Notes: generated by a model from the sequence alone, not told the origin. A DNA stretch of 64,000 nucleotides from Hadesarchaea archaeon (GCA_029259175.1 JAPDJH010000004.1:164844-228843); one strand, 5' to 3'. Counted from the stretch's first letter, positions 28,451 through 39,762 are shown. Numbers and translations: made by a program.

Positions 28451-30649
28451 GTGCCGTGGATAACCAAAATCGAGCTTCGAGGCTTCAAGTCGTTTGGGAA
28501 TACTAAGGTAGAAATCCCGTTAGCCAAGGGATTAACGGCAATTATTGGCAGAAACGGGCATGGTAAAAGCAACATTGTGGACGCCTTGTGCTTCGTTTTT
28601 GGCGGGAGAAGCGTCAAATCGATGAGGGGAGAGCGCTACACCGACTTCATATACACTCGAAACAATCGCATACTTGCCCCCTACGCTGAAGTCACGATTC
28701 ATATTAACAATCAAGACGGCAAGCTGCCCGTGGGCTCCAACACAGTGGTGATCTCCCGACGAGTTGATCGTACGGGCAGGTGCACGTACCGGATCAACGG
28801 AAAACGAGTGGATCAGAAAGACATCATCGACCTGTTGGCTCCGGTAATGGGAGGTCCCAACGACGTCAACTTTGTGATGCAGGGGCAGATAAAGAAGATT
28901 TTTGCCATGAACTCGGTGGAAAGGCGCCAGATAATCGACCAGCTGGCTGGGGTCTCCGAATACGACGACAGAAAGAAGGAGACCCAAGCTCAACTGGAGC
29001 ACGTAACCAATAATCTCCAGATCCTCCGAACAAGAGCGGAAGAAATCCAGCGGAGAGTCAATATCCTTCGCGAACAAGCCCGGGCCTACGTGACCCACCG
29101 GGACATCAAAAGAGAGCTCGAAAAGCTCGAGGCCGCCTACAATCACAAGAAGGAGAACGAGCTGAAACGACAGCTTCAAAAAATAAACACAAAACTCCGA
29201 AAGAAGAAAGCCGAAGCTGAAAAATGGAAGAACAAAGCCGAGGAGTTGAACAGAAAAGCTGATGTGTGCGAGCAAAAAGCGAATCGGCTTTGGGAGCTCA
29301 TTGCGAAAAAACAGCAAAGCGGAATTTTGACCAAGGTCCGGGGATGGGAAGCCAGTCTCCGGGTCTATCAACGGATGCTGAGAGAGGCCAAAGAAAAACA
29401 CTCGGAGTTGGAAAGAAAACTGGAACAGTTAAAGAACATTGCCCCGCAGGCGACGAGGGTTTCCAGCACAGTGGTCGAATTCCGAAAAACCAAAACGCGG
29501 CTCCAAACACTTCTTTCTCAGCTCTCAAACATCCAGAGCTTGGCCGAAGCCAGGCGTTTAGCGGAAGAGATCGCCCAGCTTTTGCAAGAAATAGAGCGAC
29601 TGCTGGACTCCGCGCTATCGGAAATCGGAAAGCGACAGCTAAAAACCGCGGATATCGAAAAGGCCCAGTACGTGTTGCGGTTGACCGCAGAGCTGGAGCT
29701 CCACCAACAAAACATCCGGGAATTCGGGGTCAGAATCGAGGAATTGAAAACAAAACTCCAGCGGGTAAATGAGAAAAGGAAGACTCTCGAAACCGAAATC
29801 GACTCGCTTAAGGAAAGAAATGAGAAGTTGCAGCAGAAAGCCCACGAGCTGCGCGTAAAAGCTCGCGAGCTGTACAACCGGGCTTTCGAGACAAACAATG
29901 CACTGAGCGCGCTTGAGAGCAAACGTGCTCAAACGGAACAACGGCTTCGAGAGCTCTCTGAAAGGAAGACTGATGCCGATTATTCGTATTTCATTCGATT
30001 GCCGTTATCCCAGCTCTTGCGGCGAATCGAAGATCTCAATGCACGGCTTAAAGAGCTGGGCGAAGTGAATCCACACGCTTTGGAGGACTTGAAGGCGGAA
30101 GAAGAACGATTTTTGGAGGAAGAAAGAAAGGTGAAAAAGCTTGAAGAAGAACAGCAAAGTTTGTTGGAGAAGCTCCAGCTGTTGGACCAGAGAAAGAAAG
30201 AGGTCTTCATGAATGTGTTCAACGTGGTTGCTGAGAACTTCAGACAAATATTTTATGAGATCTCCGGGGGTTGTCGTGGAGAACTCGTGCTCGAGAATCC
30301 GGAGAACCCGTTCGAAGGCGGGCTGGACATCCGCGCAGACTTTGATGGGGGGCCATCGAGCGGGATCAGCGGCGGCCAAAAAACATTGATTGCGGTGGCA
30401 TTGCTGCTGGCTCTACAACAGTACAGGCCCTCCACCCTGTACGTGCTGGACGAAATGGACGAAAGTCTGGACCCACAAAATCGAAGGCTTGTAGCGAAGC
30501 TGTTGAAAGAGTACTCAAAGAAATCGCAAATTCTTGTTGTAACTCTGCACAACGCCCTAGCGGCTGTTGCGGATCGGGTATTCGGTGTGGTCAAGGACAA
30601 CGGGGTGTCGAAGATCTTCTCAGTCGAATTGACTGGAATGGGGGACTAA
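28451..30649 (+). CDS. smc: Chromosome segregation protein Smc, shortened (732 aa)
   Basis: GFKSF, GRNGHGKSN, VMQG Q-loop, SGGQKT, LDEMDESLD; followed by scpA and scpB. Confidence 0.88.
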   Translation: MPWITKIELRGFKSFGNTKVEIPLAKGLTAIIGRNGHGKSNIVDALCFVFGGRSVKSMRGERYTDFIYTRNNRILAPYAEVTIHINNQDGKLPVGSNTVVISRRVDRTGRCTYRINGKRVDQKDIIDLLAPVMGGPNDVNFVMQGQIKKIFAMNSVERRQIIDQLAGVSEYDDRKKETQAQLEHVTNNLQILRTRAEEIQRRVNILREQARAYVTHRDIKRELEKLEAAYNHKKENELKRQLQKINTKLRKKKAEAEKWKNKAEELNRKADVCEQKANRLWELIAKKQQSGILTKVRGWEASLRVYQRMLREAKEKHSELERKLEQLKNIAPQATRVSSTVVEFRKTKTRLQTLLSQLSNIQSLAEARRLAEEIAQLLQEIERLLDSALSEIGKRQLKTADIEKAQYVLRLTAELELHQQNIREFGVRIEELKTKLQRVNEKRKTLETEIDSLKERNEKLQQKAHELRVKARELYNRAFETNNALSALESKRAQTEQRLRELSERKTDADYSYFIRLPLSQLLRRIEDLNARLKELGEVNPHALEDLKAEEERFLEEERKVKKLEEEQQSLLEKLQLLDQRKKEVFMNVFNVVAENFRQIFYEISGGCRGELVLENPENPFEGGLDIRADFDGGPSSGISGGQKTLIAVALLLALQQYRPSTLYVLDEMDESLDPQNRRLVAKLLKEYSKKSQILVVTLHNALAAVADRVFGVVKDNGVSKIFSVELTGMGD

Positions 30650-30652
30650 AAA

Positions 30653-31327
30653 ATGGAGGTAAACGAACAACCGATAATGGAGCTTGTTGAATTAGTACGA
30701 AATCACAAGGTCGATCCATGGGAAATCGACATAAGGAAAATAGTGGACATTTACGGGGAAAAACTCCTTGTTGAACCCATCACCGATATCAGGACGCCCG
30801 CACGAGTCCTTCACTCCGCAGCAACTTTGCTGCGAATCAAATCAGAGCATGCATTGAATGGAAATGGAAGCAAAGGGCTTGTCAGCGAAGAACTGGAGGA
30901 ACTGCTGGACCTGGATATTCCAAATCTCGGCGAATTGACCATCGAATACTTTGTTCCCCGGAAGCTCACCCTAGAGGATTTGCTTGGAGCCCTTCGCGAA
31001 GTGATCAAGGAAATGCCAAAAAGAAAGGAAAAGATACCAAAACGCTTGGACAAGCTCAGAATTGATGTTGCGAAAGATCCAGATGTCCGGCTCGAACAAA
31101 TGATGGAGGCGTTGCTGGAAAAGATTAGAGCCATCAAAAGAGAAGGAAAATCCGTTTCACTGTTCTCGCTTGTGAAAGAAAGGAAGCGAGGGGCTGTCGT
31201 TTTAACGTTTTACCTGCTCCTTTCCTTGTATGCTGAAAGAAAAGTTATCTTAGAACAGCCCGAGATGTTCGGAGACATCGTAGTGAAGACACCGGAGGAA
31301 AACACTCATGGGAATGAGGGAGGATAG
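30653..31327 (+). CDS. scpA: Kleisin ScpA
   Basis: VDPWEIDI, AATLLRIKS, LEQPEMFGDI. Confidence 0.9.
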   Translation: MEVNEQPIMELVELVRNHKVDPWEIDIRKIVDIYGEKLLVEPITDIRTPARVLHSAATLLRIKSEHALNGNGSKGLVSEELEELLDLDIPNLGELTIEYFVPRKLTLEDLLGALREVIKEMPKRKEKIPKRLDKLRIDVAKDPDVRLEQMMEALLEKIRAIKREGKSVSLFSLVKERKRGAVVLTFYLLLSLYAERKVILEQPEMFGDIVVKTPEENTHGNEGG

Positions 31328-31817
31328 GAAACTGCTGGAAGCGGCGCTTTATGCTGCAGACCACCCCCTGACCATTCAAGAGCTCAGAGAAACGCTGGGG
31401 CTCAAATCCGAAACTTACGTAAAGCGATTGATTGAGGAGGTTCGGGAAAGCCTCCGGCGGCGACAAAGCCCTTTCGAACTGAGAGAAACGGGCGGTGAAG
31501 CGTATTCCATCCGGCTAAAACGTGAGATATCAGAGAGACTGGGCCGCTTGGTTCCAAAGCTGAAGATATCGAGAGGGGCGCTAAAGACCCTAGCATTCAT
31601 CGCTTACAAGCAAAACATCACGCTGGCCCAACTGGCGGAGGTGCGGGGGAGCAGGACCTACGAGCACGTGCGGCAACTCATAGCTGCTGGCTTTGTGGAG
31701 GCAAAACGCTTCGGCAAGACCCGTGCACTCCGGACGTCGCCAAAATTTGCGAGTTATTTCGGATTTGAAGACGATATAGATTTGATCTCGGAGAAACTGG
31801 AAGAACTGTTGAAGTGA
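31308..31817 (+). CDS. scpB: ScpB
   Basis: [29 protein letters not shown]. Confidence 0.92.
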   Translation: MGMREDRKLLEAALYAADHPLTIQELRETLGLKSETYVKRLIEEVRESLRRRQSPFELRETGGEAYSIRLKREISERLGRLVPKLKISRGALKTLAFIAYKQNITLAQLAEVRGSRTYEHVRQLIAAGFVEAKRFGKTRALRTSPKFASYFGFEDDIDLISEKLEELLK

Positions 31818-31866
31818 AAACCGTCGTTTTTATATTAGGAAAGTGCTTCTTTCCTGTGGTGATCCC

Positions 31867-32256
31867 GTGGCGAAATGGCAGGGCCGATCATTTCGGAAAC
31901 CCACTGGCGGCAAAATCGTCCAAGCAAGGAAGAAGCGTAAACGGGAGATGGGACGCGAGTTTCTAGAAACAAGGATCGGGGAGCGAAAGGTCGTAAAGCT
32001 GAGGGTGAGGGGAGGGAACTACAAACTACGGCTTCTTAGTGCCTTGGAAGCTAATGTGACCGATCCGAAAACTGGAAGAACCGTGAAAACCAAAATCCTG
32101 GGAGTGGCGGAGAACCCAGCAAACAGACACTTCGTGCGGAGGAATGTTATCACCAAAGGGGCTGTGATCGAGACCGAAATCGGAAAAGCTAGAGTAACCA
32201 GCAGGCCAGGACAGGACGGGGTTGTCAACGCCCTCTTGGTGGAAGCGAAGACCTAA
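31867..32256 (+). CDS. rps8e: 30S ribosomal protein S8e
   Basis: [28 protein letters not shown]. Confidence 0.97.
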   Translation: MAKWQGRSFRKPTGGKIVQARKKRKREMGREFLETRIGERKVVKLRVRGGNYKLRLLSALEANVTDPKTGRTVKTKILGVAENPANRHFVRRNVITKGAVIETEIGKARVTSRPGQDGVVNALLVEAKT

Positions 32257-32668
32257 GAGAACCGTCTGCCAAAATGTGGTAAACTTTGAATCCTTGCTTT
32301 TTCATGGCTGAAGCGATGTATCTTCGGTGGCATGCGCGGGGGTTTTCCTCCAAACACATTATCACTGTGGGAGCGTGTTTTGCTATTCGAACGAGTTCTT
32401 GGAGAGCTTCTTTGAACTCTGGGGTTCGCATGTGTTTCACATATCCACCGCGATATCCTCCCAGCCCACTTAGGTGGTAGTACCGGATTCCGTGCTTTTT
32501 CAAAATTCTCCGAAGGGTTGCTTGCTGGAACTCCTTCCGCTTGGATGTCGGAAATCTTCGAACGTCTACGAGCGCCTCTATTCCGTTTTGCCGAAGATTC
32601 GTCAAAAAGTCGTCCAGTTTGCGAGTGCCGTATCCAATCGTGTACACACTCTTCTGCCGACCGCCCAT
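32225..32668 (-). CDS. DUF488 family protein
   Basis: [20 protein letters not shown]....CHR. Confidence 0.88.
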   Translation of the reverse strand: MGGRQKSVYTIGYGTRKLDDFLTNLRQNGIEALVDVRRFPTSKRKEFQQATLRRILKKHGIRYYHLSGLGGYRGGYVKHMRTPEFKEALQELVRIAKHAPTVIMCLEENPRACHRRYIASAMKKQGFKVYHILADGSLRSSLPPRGR

Positions 32669-32701
32669 CCATTTTATAAATTGGAGTCCAAAGGGGTATG
32701 A

Positions 32702-33505
32702 ATGTTAGCCCAGATCACTCTCACCCCTGCCGAGTCGAAGCGGCTGATAGCGAAGGCCGTTGCCGTTCTTCCAGAAGTACGACACGCCCTGAAACACGGA
32801 ATAATAGTGATTGGTCTTGGTTCCACTAATGCCCATGTGGTGGAAGAGATCCTCAAAAAACCCATAGATCGCAGCCGTTATGTGGCAGGGATGGTGACTC
32901 CAAAAGGGACGTGTGTGCTGCCAAGGGAGCGCAGGCTGAAGAGCGTAGTGATCCAAAAAGGAAAGGAGGTCAACAAGCCATTAGAGGAGATTCTAGAAAA
33001 ATTGAAATCCACGGATGTGGTGATCAAGGGAGCCAATGCCTTCGATGCCTATGGAAACGCCGGTGTGCTATTAGCATCGAAATCGGGGGGCACGGTGGGC
33101 AAAGTACTGGGCTATGTCAGGGCTCGGGGAGTGAACTTAATCATCCCAGTCGGATTGGAAAAATTTGTCCCCGGATTTCTTCCAAGTCTGGAGACCAAAG
33201 CTGGAATATTCAGAATCAAGGCTGCGACCGGTTGTCCAGTAGGGATCGGAATCATCCGAGGAAAAATCATCAACGAGATAGAGGCTGTTAAGATTCTGAC
33301 CGGAGCGGAGGCGGAGGTAATGGCCGCCGGAGGAATAGCCGGAGCAGAAGGAAGCACCACCCTGTTGATCTCTGGTACAAAAACACAGGTTTCCGCGTTG
33401 CTCAAGATCGTGAAAAAAATAAAGGGGATCAGAGATCCGAAAATCGACGTTTCCTGCGCGTCCTGTAAGCATTCGGATTGCTTCTACGCGTCTCACTCTT
33501 CTTGA
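32702..33505 (+). CDS. Conserved hypothetical protein
   Basis: LTPAESKRLIAKAV, IKGANA, PVGLEK, GGIAGAEG, C-terminal CxxCxxxxC. Confidence 0.7.
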   Translation: MLAQITLTPAESKRLIAKAVAVLPEVRHALKHGIIVIGLGSTNAHVVEEILKKPIDRSRYVAGMVTPKGTCVLPRERRLKSVVIQKGKEVNKPLEEILEKLKSTDVVIKGANAFDAYGNAGVLLASKSGGTVGKVLGYVRARGVNLIIPVGLEKFVPGFLPSLETKAGIFRIKAATGCPVGIGIIRGKIINEIEAVKILTGAEAEVMAAGGIAGAEGSTTLLISGTKTQVSALLKIVKKIKGIRDPKIDVSCASCKHSDCFYASHSS

Positions 33506-33804
33506 GTGCTGACCCTGCCACGCTTTTCTTTCAGCAGCAGATCTCCGGCGGCCACCTCATCAACGCTGTGAATCACGCCGCCCCATTCCTCGATCGCGCT
33601 ACGAATCAAATCGTAATCAAGATCTCCTTCTAGGGTGACCTTGAGGGTCTCCGTGTCCTTGTCGATCTCCACCAGCGAAACGTTTACCCCCTTTACCCCG
33701 TCCAAGGAACCTAGGCGTGTGGCAAATTCTGGAAGAGAAGGAGAATGCGGTTTAAGGACATCTAAGACCAAACGTCGGAGTTTGGAACTGTTTCGTTTGC
33801 TCAT
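33493..33804 (-). CDS. DUF211 family protein
   Basis: LRRLVLDVLKPH, IHSVDEV. Confidence 0.88.
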   Translation of the reverse strand: MSKRNSSKLRRLVLDVLKPHSPSLPEFATRLGSLDGVKGVNVSLVEIDKDTETLKVTLEGDLDYDLIRSAIEEWGGVIHSVDEVAAGDLLLKEKRGRVSTQEE

Positions 33805-33910
33805 TCAATTTCACAACCGTCTTTCTTTTTAAAAATGCAATGCAACAAAAACAATTAAAAGAAATAAACCGAAAGGTTTTTATACCAGAAGCTTGGGAGG
33901 AAAAGGCGTT

Positions 33911-34153
33911 ATGAAACTTTTGGGAAAAGTCTTGCATTTGGGAGTCAAAGGGCCTATACTGAAGGCTTCTTTTCCCCCAAAAGTCGGTCAACCGGTGTTT
34001 AATTCAAAAAAGAAGCGGATGGGAAACATTTATGACCTCTTCGGCCCCGTAAAGTCCCCGTATGTTATTATAAAACCGGCTTCCGGCGTCTCTGGGGAAA
34101 AGTTGGTAGGTGTTTCCCTATATATTATGGAAGAAGGAAAGAGGAGGAGATAA
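33911..34153 (+). CDS. gar1: H/ACA RNP subunit Gar1
   Basis: [17 protein letters not shown]; conserved position upstream of tfb. Confidence 0.88.
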   Translation: MKLLGKVLHLGVKGPILKASFPPKVGQPVFNSKKKRMGNIYDLFGPVKSPYVIIKPASGVSGEKLVGVSLYIMEEGKRRR

Positions 34154-34154
34154 A

Positions 34155-36572
34155 ATGGCAGAAGAAGAGACCAAATGCCCGATTTGCGGCGGGACGGTAT
34201 TCATACGAGACTATGACAGAGGAGAGACGACCTGTAAGAAATGCGGGTACGTGATCGACGAGCGCATGATCGACCTCGGGCCCGAGTGGCGGGCTTTCGA
34301 TGAAGAGCAGCGGGAGCGCCGAGGAAGGACTGGAGCTCCAATGACGCTAAGTGTTGATTATTCTGAACCGGTGATGATCGAGAAGGACGGTTTAGTTAGA
34401 ATAGTAAAGATCGGTGAATTTGTTGATTCATTGCTAGCAAAAGCTAAGGAAGTAAAGAGAGAAGCCAATGTGGAGATCGCTAGAGTCACGGGTTACAAGA
34501 CGCTTGTGTTTGACGATAACTACAAGATCCGGTGGAAACCCATCGATTACGTCTCCAGACATGAAATCGAAGAAGAACTCTACGAAGTGGAGCTGGAAAC
34601 GGGCCGCAAAGTCAGGGTAACGGCTTCTCACAGTCTTTACACGGTGAGAGACAACGAGGTGATCCCAATAGAGGCGAAAACGCTACGCCCGGGAGACTTC
34701 GTTGTGGCTCCCAGGACTTTGCCGCTTTCTCCGACTCCGCTGAGAGATCTGAATCTGGCTGAGGAGACGATGAAGATAAGTGGCTCCGAGTTTACTGTTT
34801 GCAAAATTCCGGCGCACGTTTTTGAGAAACTCAAACATATGCGGGGCCTCAAAGACTGGAAAAAGCGCGCGAGGTTGCCTCTGAGCCTGTTTCTCCAAGT
34901 ATATGATGGCGAAAACGGTGGGGAGATCTCAATAAAGCCACGGGGATCCCGAAACGGGCTTCCATTGAAAGTTGGAATCGACGAAAGACTCGCGGAATTC
35001 TTGGGCTTCTACGCAAGTGAGGGGTGTGTCGCCAACGACAGCATAAGGCTCACGTTTGGACCCGAGGAAGAAGAATGCGCGAGGAGGGTGGCGAAGCTAA
35101 TACGAGATCTCTTCGAGCTTCGACCGCGTGTTACTCGAGAAAAACATTCGATTGTAGTAGAAGTGGACAGCAAGATGCTCGTGGTGTTTCTCACGGATAT
35201 TCTCGGAGCAGGACGCAACGCCAGGGAGAAAAGAGTTCCACCGGTTGTTCTTTCGGCCTCGGAAGAAGTCAAGCGGGCCTTCTTAGACGCGTACATTCGG
35301 GGTGACGGTTGTCTCTATCAACACCCGGAGGAGAAAGAGGACTGGCGCCCCCTTGTACACCTATACACCAGTTCGGTGAGTCCGGAGCTCAGCAGCGACC
35401 TAATGTATCTCTATCTCCAGCTTGGGGTGATGGCCGGGTATTTCGAAGAAGAGATTCCGCCGCACACCATCCAGAGCACCGGGCAAAAAGTTGTTGGGTG
35501 CAAAGTCACCGGAACGCGAATAACAAGCCCGGATATGGTGGCGAAGCTGGATTTTGTTCAAGTAGAGCGAAGGAAAAGAAAAGCTCCGATTGAAAATTTG
35601 ATTCCGGCTCCTTGGAAGTACCGCAGGGAGTGGAAGGGAAGAAGGCGGTTGAGAATATCGCGAGAACTAGCGCTGCGTATAGCTGAGAAGTACGGGGATG
35701 AAAAACTAAAGCGGCTCGCGGAGAGCGACTTTGTATTCCTAAGAGTTAGAAAAATCCGTAAGGTGAAGCCAACCACCTCGCACACATACGATTTGACAAT
35801 TCTGGGCCACGAGAATTTCGTCGGAGGGCGGGGCGGGGTGTGTCTGAGAGACACGATCCATGACAAAGGTTTGTCAACCATGATTGACTGGCGCGACCGG
35901 GACTCCCACGGGAAGGACTTGACGCCCAAGCGGCGCGCACAGATCTACCGGTTGCGGAAGTGGCAGCGGCGGATTCGGGTGTCCGATGCGACCGAACGCA
36001 ACCTAGCCTTTGCACTCTCCGAAATCGACCGGATGGCCTCCCACCTATCGCTCCCGCGCAACGTCCGAGAAACGGCCTCGCTGATTTACAGAAAGGCTGT
36101 GGAGGAGAGGCTGATTCGCGGGCGATCGATCGAAGGGGTTGCGGCCGCGGCGCTGTACGCGGCCTGTCGGGAATGTAAGGTGCCGCGCACGCTGGATGAA
36201 ATCGCGGAGGTGGCGCGAGTCAGTAAGAAAGAGATCGGGCGGAGTTACCGGTTCATCGCGCGCGAACTGCTCATCCATCTGCGTCCGACTAGTCCCATCG
36301 ATTATATCCCGCGCTTCGCGTCGGAGCTTGGGCTGAGCGGAGAAGTGCAATCGAAAGCGATCGAGCTGTTAAAGGAGGCACAGGCGAGAGGGCTGACCTC
36401 TGGGCGTGGGCCAACGGGGGTGGCGGCCGCTGCGATTTACATCGCCAGCGTGCTGTGCGGAGAGCGGAGGACCCAGCGCGATGTGGCAGATGTGGCGAGG
36501 GTTACTGAGGTCACCGTGAGGAATCGCTATAAGGAACTTTGCGAGAAGCTGGGGCTGGACGTAGAGCTTTAG
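34155..36572 (+). CDS. tfb: Transcription initiation factor IIB, intein-containing
   Basis: Zn ribbon CPICG/CKKCG, GPEWRAF, HDKGLST, cyclin repeats. Confidence 0.96.
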   Translation: MAEEETKCPICGGTVFIRDYDRGETTCKKCGYVIDERMIDLGPEWRAFDEEQRERRGRTGAPMTLSVDYSEPVMIEKDGLVRIVKIGEFVDSLLAKAKEVKREANVEIARVTGYKTLVFDDNYKIRWKPIDYVSRHEIEEELYEVELETGRKVRVTASHSLYTVRDNEVIPIEAKTLRPGDFVVAPRTLPLSPTPLRDLNLAEETMKISGSEFTVCKIPAHVFEKLKHMRGLKDWKKRARLPLSLFLQVYDGENGGEISIKPRGSRNGLPLKVGIDERLAEFLGFYASEGCVANDSIRLTFGPEEEECARRVAKLIRDLFELRPRVTREKHSIVVEVDSKMLVVFLTDILGAGRNAREKRVPPVVLSASEEVKRAFLDAYIRGDGCLYQHPEEKEDWRPLVHLYTSSVSPELSSDLMYLYLQLGVMAGYFEEEIPPHTIQSTGQKVVGCKVTGTRITSPDMVAKLDFVQVERRKRKAPIENLIPAPWKYRREWKGRRRLRISRELALRIAEKYGDEKLKRLAESDFVFLRVRKIRKVKPTTSHTYDLTILGHENFVGGRGGVCLRDTIHDKGLSTMIDWRDRDSHGKDLTPKRRAQIYRLRKWQRRIRVSDATERNLAFALSEIDRMASHLSLPRNVRETASLIYRKAVEERLIRGRSIEGVAAAALYAACRECKVPRTLDEIAEVARVSKKEIGRSYRFIARELLIHLRPTSPIDYIPRFASELGLSGEVQSKAIELLKEAQARGLTSGRGPTGVAAAAIYIASVLCGERRTQRDVADVARVTEVTVRNRYKELCEKLGLDVEL
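34350..35852 (+). mobile_element. 501-aa LAGLIDADG intein in TFB
   Basis: Starts SVDYSEP after GAPMTL; block B TASHSL; LGFYASEG and [10 protein letters not shown]; block F YDLTI..HENF; ends CLRD before extein Thr. Confidence 0.93.
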
Positions 36573-36775
36573 AGCAAATTTTGTTTTTTTCTCGGAATAA
36601 CGCAATTCTTCGGTGCTTTTCTTGGCAAACACTTTCGGTGATTTCTTCTCCACAAATTCGTTAAACGCCGTTTCCAACCCAATTTGGGCGGGTTCACGGT
36701 TCACAGTCGTTTATAAGTTACTTTCGGTGGGCTCCCTCTCCCGAAGTCGTTTAAAGGGAACTTTCAATCAGGCAC

Positions 36776-37855
36776 TTGAGAGGTGAAAAGTTGATTCTCG
36801 ATCTCGCACAGATTGCACCCACAGAAACCTCCATCGGGCGAAGAATAGAGCTCACGGTTAGCTCAAACAATGTAGCAATGTATATACAACCTCCCCGTGG
36901 ATGGGGCGGAGGAAGAGAATCTAAAAAAGTAATCGTGAATCGGTTTATCCAGCTAGATGAACTGTTTCTCGAGGGATTGGGGCTCTGGCTAGGCGAAGGT
37001 GGCCGGAGAAAAGGCATCTATTTTGGCAATTCCAGTTCATTACTGTTACGGCGCTTCTTAGAATTTGTAGAGCAGAAGATTGGGCTCGCGAGGGAAGAAT
37101 TTAAAGCTACAATCAATGCCTCCAATTCTTCGCCTTCAGAAGGCGCCGTAAAAGAAAAGTGGTCAAAAGAGCTTCAGCTTCCAGTACGAAACTTCACGCA
37201 TATTTGCACCGATCCCAGAATCAGGAAAGAGTATGTGCAGGTCTACTTCAATTCGGTTGTTTTGGCAGAGTTGATGAGCACTTTGTATACAAGTTCGAAG
37301 GAGATTGTCTTGCGTTATCCAAAATTGTGCGTCCCCTTGCTACGCGGCCTTTTTGCAGCTGAGGGTTCCGTGCTGCTAAAAAAATCCGGGGTTCTACACC
37401 ACATAACTTTTTCATCAAAAGATAGGGAACTCATTCAATTCCTCGAACGATGTCTACACCGGCTCGGAGTGAAAGCAAGCAAATACGTGATCAACAAAAT
37501 GAATCTCCAAATTTATGGTCTACCAAACTTTAGGCGGATCCGTGAACTGAACATCCACGCGCTGCATCCTGAGAAGCGCGCGAAGTTCGAACGAGGGTTC
37601 GCGAGCTACAAGCGCGTGAACGTGCTGCGGGGCGAGGAAGCCCGGGCACTCATCCTCGAGCAACTCGCCTCTGGCCCAAAAACCTACGACGACCTCGCAG
37701 CCGCGCTCGGTAAGGCACGTACTACGATCCAAGCCCATCACGTACCTATTCTCGAGCGCCAGGGACTCATCAAGCGCGCGGGCAAGCGCGGCCATGCCCA
37801 GCTCTGGACCCTCGCGGGAACCAAGGTTTCAGGAAAATGCCAAAAAGGAAGGTAA
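36776..37855 (+). CDS. Free-standing LAGLIDADG protein with C-terminal winged HTH
   Basis: LGLWLGEG and LRGLFAAEGS motifs; GPKTYDDLAAALGKARTTIQAHH...LERQGLI. Confidence 0.78.
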   Translation: MRGEKLILDLAQIAPTETSIGRRIELTVSSNNVAMYIQPPRGWGGGRESKKVIVNRFIQLDELFLEGLGLWLGEGGRRKGIYFGNSSSLLLRRFLEFVEQKIGLAREEFKATINASNSSPSEGAVKEKWSKELQLPVRNFTHICTDPRIRKEYVQVYFNSVVLAELMSTLYTSSKEIVLRYPKLCVPLLRGLFAAEGSVLLKKSGVLHHITFSSKDRELIQFLERCLHRLGVKASKYVINKMNLQIYGLPNFRRIRELNIHALHPEKRAKFERGFASYKRVNVLRGEEARALILEQLASGPKTYDDLAAALGKARTTIQAHHVPILERQGLIKRAGKRGHAQLWTLAGTKVSGKCQKGR

Positions 37856-37911
37856 TCGGGCTCGACGCAGAACTCTAAAGGCTAGCATTCGCCAATAGAA
37901 CCGGGGAACTG

Positions 37912-39585
37912 GTGATGTCGTCCAAATTACGCTCAATTCTCAGAAAAATAGACGGGAGAGGGTACAAGGCATACAAACAAATCGAGGGAAGGTATCATTT
38001 TCCGGACTACCAGTTGATCATCGACCACGCGCAGGCCGACCCGTTCGCTCCTCCCAGTGCCGTGCGTGTTAAAGTGCCTCAAGAAAAAGCTAGGTTTCCG
38101 AGCGAACTCTCCGAGACCAAACCAAAGAAAACGGCGTTGGAAGATTATCTGACACGCCGGTTCTATCAGACCACGAGAACCTTCAGCAAAAGGTGTGGGA
38201 CGGGAAACAGCGGTCTTGTGACCATACTGAAGCCCAGCCAGCAAGTCCTCGAGCGCAGCAGCATGGAAATCAGCGGAGATGGTGTTGAGGCCCGGTTCTG
38301 GATAGGACTGCCAGCCAGAGGCAGGAGAATTCTGGGACGCGAGGCTATGCACATCTTTGATAACGTGCTTCCAAAAATCGTGGAAAACTCTTTGATCTAT
38401 CGAAATCTAGAACCGGAAAAGGTCAAAACCCATGTGGAAGTGGTAGAAGATACTGAATACATCCGGCAGCACCTTCGGAAGTCGGGCTTGGTCGCGTTTG
38501 TAGCCAATGGCGCGGTGCTACCGAGGAGAAGTGGTGTGGATGAACGACCGCTTCAAAACGCGGTGCGCTTCCAATCGCCGCCATCTTTAGAAGTCTGTTT
38601 CGAGTGCCCGAACCGTGCTATAAAAGGGATGGGGATTCCGGAGGGGGTAACGCTGATCGTTGGCGGAGGGTACCACGGAAAAACGACGCTTTTAAACGCG
38701 CTGGCCTTGGGAGTCTACAATCACATCCCAGGAGATGGCAGGGAATTCGTGGTAACCGTTTCGGACGCTGTCAAAATAAGGGCTGAGGACGGTCGTTATG
38801 TGGCAAACGTGGATATCTCGAGTTTCATATCAAATCTTCCCGACGGACGGGACACCGCTCACTTCAGTACCGAGAACGCTTCCGGTAGCACCTCGCAGGC
38901 GGCGAATATCGTGGAGGCCTTGGAAATGGGATGCAGGCTCCTTTTGATCGACGAGGACACCTCCGCGACCAATCTGATGATCCGGGATAGACGAATGCAG
39001 GAACTTGTGACCAAGGACAAGGAACCCATTACCCCGCTGATCGACCTGATTCCATCCCTGAAGCGAAAAGGGGTGTCTATCGTTATGGTGATGGGCGGGC
39101 TCGGGGAGTACTTCGACGTGGCTGATACGGTCATAATGATGGATGCCTACCGCCCCCAGGACGTGACGGACCGTGCAAGGGAAATCGCCCGCAAGCACGG
39201 AATTAGGCCAAAGGCAACGCCCCAAGAAATCAAAATAAGGGATCGGGTTCCTGATCTGAAAAGCATCGATCCGGAATGGAGGGGCAAAGTGAGAATAAAG
39301 GCGCGGGGGATTTCCGGGATAACCTTTGGGAAAAGAACCATAGACCTGGGGAGGGTCGAACAGCTGGTTGAGACTGCCCAACTGACCGCCATTGGGGAAC
39401 TCATCTACCTGATCTCAAAAAGTAGGAGAAGCAGGTGCTTGCGGGAAATGCTGGACGAAGTCGAAGAAAAGATGGAGCGGGAGGGGCTGACCTCGCTCCT
39501 CCCGCCGCGGGGGTGCTACGCAAAACCGAGAAAATTCGAAATCGCGGCGGCCATGAATCGGCTCCGGGGCTCGCTTTGGAGATAG
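37912..39585 (+). CDS. Predicted ABC-class ATPase (COG3044-like)
   Basis: GRGYKAYK, QADPFAPPS, GGGYHGKTT, NASGSTSQA, DEDTSATN. Confidence 0.88.
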   Translation: MMSSKLRSILRKIDGRGYKAYKQIEGRYHFPDYQLIIDHAQADPFAPPSAVRVKVPQEKARFPSELSETKPKKTALEDYLTRRFYQTTRTFSKRCGTGNSGLVTILKPSQQVLERSSMEISGDGVEARFWIGLPARGRRILGREAMHIFDNVLPKIVENSLIYRNLEPEKVKTHVEVVEDTEYIRQHLRKSGLVAFVANGAVLPRRSGVDERPLQNAVRFQSPPSLEVCFECPNRAIKGMGIPEGVTLIVGGGYHGKTTLLNALALGVYNHIPGDGREFVVTVSDAVKIRAEDGRYVANVDISSFISNLPDGRDTAHFSTENASGSTSQAANIVEALEMGCRLLLIDEDTSATNLMIRDRRMQELVTKDKEPITPLIDLIPSLKRKGVSIVMVMGGLGEYFDVADTVIMMDAYRPQDVTDRAREIARKHGIRPKATPQEIKIRDRVPDLKSIDPEWRGKVRIKARGISGITFGKRTIDLGRVEQLVETAQLTAIGELIYLISKSRRSRCLREMLDEVEEKMEREGLTSLLPPRGCYAKPRKFEIAAAMNRLRGSLWR

Positions 39586-39631
39586 GTCCACCGTTCGAAG
39601 CCGATATAACCTAGGGCCATACAGATTCTTC

Positions 39632-39709
39632 GGGGCCGTGGGGTAGCTTGGTCTATCCTGCCGGCTTCGGGAGCCGGTGACTCGAGTTCAAATCTCGACG
39701 GCCCCACCA
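39632..39709 (+). tRNA. tRNA-Pro(CGG), CCA encoded
   Basis: GGGGCCG stem, CCGGC-TTCGGGA-GCCGG anticodon arm. Confidence 0.97.
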
Positions 39710-39762
39710 CTCAGACTGTTTAATAACTCGCCCATGTGACATGTTTTGATAATAATCCGAGA

